This document shows positions 13,749 through 17,023 of a DNA stretch of 17,023 bases, one piece after another. The DNA is from Candidatus Undinarchaeota archaeon (lineage in GTDB: Archaea > SpSt-1190). Location: NCBI GenBank assembly GCA_964549355.1, contig CAZJUS010000013.1, positions 1-17,023 of the forward strand. The letters are read 5' to 3'. The notes under the pieces were generated by a model. That model was given only the letters and a program-made list of their open reading frames with translations, was not told the origin of the DNA and did no database searches. How positions within the stretch are numbered: position 1 is the stretch's first letter; every line of letters begins with the position of its first letter. Made by a program: the position numbers and the translations under genes.

Positions 13749-15947
13749 GTGACCGGCCTGACATCCCAGGGGGCTCGAAAAAGGCTGAAGCTTTACGGCC
13801 CGAACACTCTCAAAAAAAAGAATAGCTTCAGAGTTGTCAAGACCGTAATTGGCCAATTCACAGACCCCCTCATCCTGGTCCTGCTGGCGGCTGCGGGGGT
13901 GAGCTACTTTTTGGGCGAGACCGTGGACGCCCTCCTGATTTTCATAATAGTTTTTGTGAATGGAATTATCGGCTTCTTCCAGGAATTCCGGGCGGAGAAG
14001 GCTCTCGAGCAAATCAAAGAAATGGTCGAGACTCTTGTGAATGTATACAGGGACGGCAGGCTGGTCCAACTGAACTCGCAGGAGATAGTGCCGGGGGATT
14101 TGGTGCTTCTTGAAGCGGGCGACAAAGTCCCCGCCGACGGCACCATCCAAACAGGGGACGTCCATGTCGACGAGTCCTCCCTGACGGGCGAATCAGTCGC
14201 CGTCCTGAAATCAATCAACGAGGCCTTGTCCATGGGCACCCTCATAACCAGGGGCAGATGCACCATGACGGTGACTGCAACAGGCATGAACACCCGCATG
14301 GGAACCATTGCGGAGCTGGTCCAGGCAGACACCAAGACGCCTTTCCAGAAAAAGCTTGAAGTCCTGAGCGGGAACCTGGGGAGGCTGGTCCTGGCCATCT
14401 CAGCAGTCGTGGCAGTGGTCGGCGTTTTTCTGCTCAAAAAAAATCTGCTGGAGATGTTCCAGCTGGCCGTAAGCCTGGGGATAGCTGCAGTCCCTGAAGG
14501 CCTGCCCATCCTTGCCACCATGTGCCTGGCCATCGGAGTCCAGCGGATGGCAAAGCAGAATGCCATAGTGAAAAAACTGCCTTCGGTCGAAGCCCTCGGC
14601 TCAGTCGATGTCCTCTGCGTTGACAAAACAGGCACGATAACTGAGAACCGGCTGGCGGTGAAAGAGTGGTGGGGCGATTTGGAGGCAATCAAAATTGCTG
14701 CTGCACTCACATCGCAGGAAGTCAAAGACCCCGTCGATATTGCACTCCGCAGATGGGCGGGCAGAAAAAATGCTGAATCTTTCACTCCCTTCCAGTCGGA
14801 GACCATGCTTGCCGTTGCCATCCACAAAGGCAGGACTTATGTGAAGGGCGCGCCGAAGGCAGTGCTCGCCAAGTGCAGGCGGAAAGACAACGCATCAGCA
14901 CAGGTCGAAGCAATGGCGCAGAAGGGCTTGAAAGTTTTGGCTTTTGCATCGGGCACATCCCCCGGCAACTTCGAATTCCACGGGCTGGTGGGGCTCTACG
15001 ACCCGCCCCGGAAAGGAATCCGGAAGGCTTTGGAGGAGGCGCTGAAGCTGGGCCTGGAAGTGAAAATGATCACAGGGGACCACCCGAAGACTGCCCGCAC
15101 CATTGCAAAGGAGGCTGGAATCGACGGAGCTGTCCTGACAGTTGACGAGCTGGAGACCGCAGACGCGGAGGCCATAGCCAAAGCAGCCATATTCGCACGG
15201 GTTGCGCCTGAAGACAAGCTGAGGATAGTGGAGGCCCTGCAGAAGCAGGGTCTGAAAGTTGCCATGACGGGCGACGGGGTGAACGACACGCCCGCCCTCA
15301 AGAAAGCGGACATCGGCATCTCGCTGGGCTCCGGGACTGAGCTGGCCCGTGAAGTGTCAGACATAATCCTGCTTGACGACAACCTGCAGACTATTGTGAA
15401 TGCAGTCCACGAAGGGAGGAATATTTTCAAGAATGTGAAGAAATCAACCAAATTTCTGCTGAGCACCAACATATCGGAAATCCTGGTGATAGTGGGAGCC
15501 CTGCTCACAGGACAGATTATATTCAAACCCCTCCAGATTCTATGGGTGAATCTGATAACCGACAGCCTGCCCGCCCTTGCATTCGCCTATGATGACCACG
15601 ACAAACTTGAGAAGAACCGGGAGATTCTTGAAAGGAAGGACTGGAAGCACACCTTGGCGGTTGGGGCCATAATGGGTGTTTTTTCCTTCATGGCCAACAT
15701 GCTCATGGGCCCTCTGCAGGCGCTGAATATTTTGATTTACGGGGAGATAGCATACCAGCCCCTGATCAGGGCCAAATACGGCGCCAAAAATTTGTTCAAC
15801 CCGAAAGCCGTCCTGTTCCTTGGAGCGACCATACTCGCCCAGGCCCTCGGGGTGCTCTTCCTGGGGGACATGATAGGGCTGGCAGCCCCTGGAATTGAGT
15901 TGCTCTGGGTTGCAGTGATGTCAGGCCTGCTCTACGTCGCCACCTAG
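13749..15947 (+). CDS. Cation-transporting P-type ATPase, P2A (Ca2+-ATPase)-like
   Basis: YGPN, DESSLTGES, AAVPEGLP, DKTGTIT, KGAP, DPPR, MITGD, FARVAPEDK, MTGDGVND and QILWVNLITDSLPALA. Confidence 0.95.
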   Translation: MTGLTSQGARKRLKLYGPNTLKKKNSFRVVKTVIGQFTDPLILVLLAAAGVSYFLGETVDALLIFIIVFVNGIIGFFQEFRAEKALEQIKEMVETLVNVYRDGRLVQLNSQEIVPGDLVLLEAGDKVPADGTIQTGDVHVDESSLTGESVAVLKSINEALSMGTLITRGRCTMTVTATGMNTRMGTIAELVQADTKTPFQKKLEVLSGNLGRLVLAISAVVAVVGVFLLKKNLLEMFQLAVSLGIAAVPEGLPILATMCLAIGVQRMAKQNAIVKKLPSVEALGSVDVLCVDKTGTITENRLAVKEWWGDLEAIKIAAALTSQEVKDPVDIALRRWAGRKNAESFTPFQSETMLAVAIHKGRTYVKGAPKAVLAKCRRKDNASAQVEAMAQKGLKVLAFASGTSPGNFEFHGLVGLYDPPRKGIRKALEEALKLGLEVKMITGDHPKTARTIAKEAGIDGAVLTVDELETADAEAIAKAAIFARVAPEDKLRIVEALQKQGLKVAMTGDGVNDTPALKKADIGISLGSGTELAREVSDIILLDDNLQTIVNAVHEGRNIFKNVKKSTKFLLSTNISEILVIVGALLTGQIIFKPLQILWVNLITDSLPALAFAYDDHDKLEKNREILERKDWKHTLAVGAIMGVFSFMANMLMGPLQALNILIYGEIAYQPLIRAKYGAKNLFNPKAVLFLGATILAQALGVLFLGDMIGLAAPGIELLWVAVMSGLLYVAT

Positions 15948-16817
15948 CTTCTCCCTTATGCGGCAGAAACGGCATACGTCAACTGCAGACGGGTAGCCGC
16001 AGGATTTGCATTCTTTCGGGGCTGATGCCTCTGGCCGGCCCTGCTTCCTCGCGAACTTCACCAGATGGAGCCGGAAGCCGGGGGCCGTCTTTTCAAGCTT
16101 GGCGACCTGCGTCTTGATTTCAATCTGCCTGTTTCCTGAAAAATAAGGGCAGTCACCTTCAAAGTAGGGTATGCCCTGCGAAAGGGTGTAGAGGATGGAC
16201 GCTTTCTCCGGGACGTAAAAGTAGGGGCGGACACGGCCGGCCATGCGCCTTTCCCTGTCAGGCCAGCTCACAGCCGACACCTTGGAGATATACCTCAGGT
16301 CCCCGGACGATATGCTCATCACTGCAAAGGCTGCAAAATCATCAAGGTTGTGGGCTGTTGCAATAAAGTCGAAGCCGTTCTCGAAGGCGAACTTGTTGAA
16401 GAGGTAGCGCTTCGCACTTCCGCAGAGGGAGCAGGTGTTGGATCTGAAGTCCTTCTGCCTTTCGCTGAAGTCCTTGACTGTGAAGCCGTAGTCCCCGAGG
16501 CGGATGATGTTGAGCTTGAGCTTCCGCCCGCCGGCGAATTTTTCAACCGCCTCCTGCGACTTGCCAGAATAGTCGGGGATGCCGAGGTTGATGTGGAGGA
16601 GCTCCATGTCCAGGCCTCTGGCCGACATGATATGGGCCAGGCCCATGCTGTCCTTCCCGCCGGACACCGCAACCAGGATTTTCTTCTCCTCCAGGCCGAG
16701 AATTCTGCCGAGGGCTTTGTCCACGCGCTTCTCCACGAATTCGGCAAGATGGCCTGCGCAGAGGCGTTGCTCTGGGTATATCGCTTTCTGCCGGCAAAAC
16801 CGGCATTTTACGGGCAT
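15921..16817 (-). CDS. tRNA 2-thiolation enzyme, TtuA/Ncs6 family
   Basis: N-terminal CRFC...CAGH zinc finger, PP-loop SGGKDS, CSLC, AHNLDD, CPY and C-terminal CKSC...CRFC. The ATG at 16817 (MPVKC) is 27 nt from a TATA box; the track's extension to 16895 runs through the promoter. Confidence 0.9.
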   Translation of the reverse strand: MPVKCRFCRQKAIYPEQRLCAGHLAEFVEKRVDKALGRILGLEEKKILVAVSGGKDSMGLAHIMSARGLDMELLHINLGIPDYSGKSQEAVEKFAGGRKLKLNIIRLGDYGFTVKDFSERQKDFRSNTCSLCGSAKRYLFNKFAFENGFDFIATAHNLDDFAAFAVMSISSGDLRYISKVSAVSWPDRERRMAGRVRPYFYVPEKASILYTLSQGIPYFEGDCPYFSGNRQIEIKTQVAKLEKTAPGFRLHLVKFARKQGRPEASAPKECKSCGYPSAVDVCRFCRIREKLGGDVEQA

Positions 16818-16832
16818 AGAATGGGATAGTTC

Positions 16833-16860
16833 TTTTAATTTAAAAATGAAAGTTAAATTT
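16833..16860. promoter_or_regulatory. AT-rich divergent promoter region for the thiolase gene (-) and tRNA-Arg (+)
   Basis: TTTTAATTTAAAAATGAAAGTTAAATTT between two divergent genes. Confidence 0.6.
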
Positions 16861-16863
16861 AGC

Positions 16864-16894
16864 TGGCCGTTGAGGCTGAAAGCCGAAACGGCCA
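16864..16894 (+). other. Hairpin TGGCCGTT-GA-GGCT-gaa-AGCC-GA-AACGGCCA upstream of tRNA-Arg
   Basis: Perfect 8-bp and 4-bp stems separated by a 2x2 GA/GA internal loop. Confidence 0.75.
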
Positions 16895-16917
16895 CCGCGA
16901 TCCAACAGCGGGCTGTT

Positions 16918-16992
16918 GGGCCGGTAGCACAACCTGGATAGTGCGGTGGGCTTCGGACTCACAGGTTGGGGGTTCAAATCCCCCCCGGCTCG
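16918..16992 (+). tRNA. tRNA-Arg(TCG), no intron, CCA not encoded
   Basis: GGGCCGG TA GCAC AACCTGGATA GTGC G GTGGG CT-TCG-GA CTCAC AGGTT GGGGG TTCAAAT CCCCC CCGGCTC G; A20 and G73 fit Arg identity. Confidence 0.93.
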
Positions 16993-17023
16993 TAAAACCC
17001 ATCTGGCTGTCGCGGGGAGCTTC

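Noticed and set aside
16864..16894. Hammerhead ribozyme resemblance (TGA-GGC...GCC-GAAAC)
   Set aside because: The core reads CCGTTGA rather than CTGANGA and there is no stem I; a simple GA/GA hairpin explains the sequence.
49..16941. Long antisense and alternate-frame ORFs (for example 49-786, 1008-1748, 10359-10976, 13904-14827, 14996-15526)
   Set aside because: They shadow well-supported genes and carry no recognisable motifs.

Overview
Archaeal chromosomal window; the compact genes and CCA-less tRNAs suggest a reduced, DPANN-like lineage (inference). Housekeeping genes: aIF2-gamma, Cbf5, Orc1/Cdc6, ATP-dependent DNA ligase, a TtuA/Ncs6-type tRNA thiolase, tRNA-Val(GAC) and tRNA-Arg(TCG). 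Other genes: a surface-glycosylation cluster (GT2 plus two tandem paralogous GT-C-like membrane proteins), an exported alpha/beta hydrolase and thermonuclease pair, a degenerate nitroreductase, a TrmB regulator followed by a 47-aa four-Cys protein missing from the ORF track, a nucleoside phosphorylase-family enzyme, a very compact SERCA-like P-type ATPase and two orphan ORFs. No transposase, integrase or CRISPR array was seen. Most interesting signals: (i) dense hairpin clusters beside both tRNAs that share one fold (8-bp stem, tandem GA/GA, 4-bp stem) without sequence identity, plus leader-trailer pairing that encloses tRNA-Arg; (ii) an orphan gene whose promoter-matched ATG opens only MGKKKKKRS* and needs a -1 shift or TTGA re-initiation; (iii) apparently pervasive leaderless initiation, often at GTG, next to an aIF2-gamma lacking its zinc knuckle; (iv) a 53-bp perfect-identity tract between otherwise diverged paralogs.
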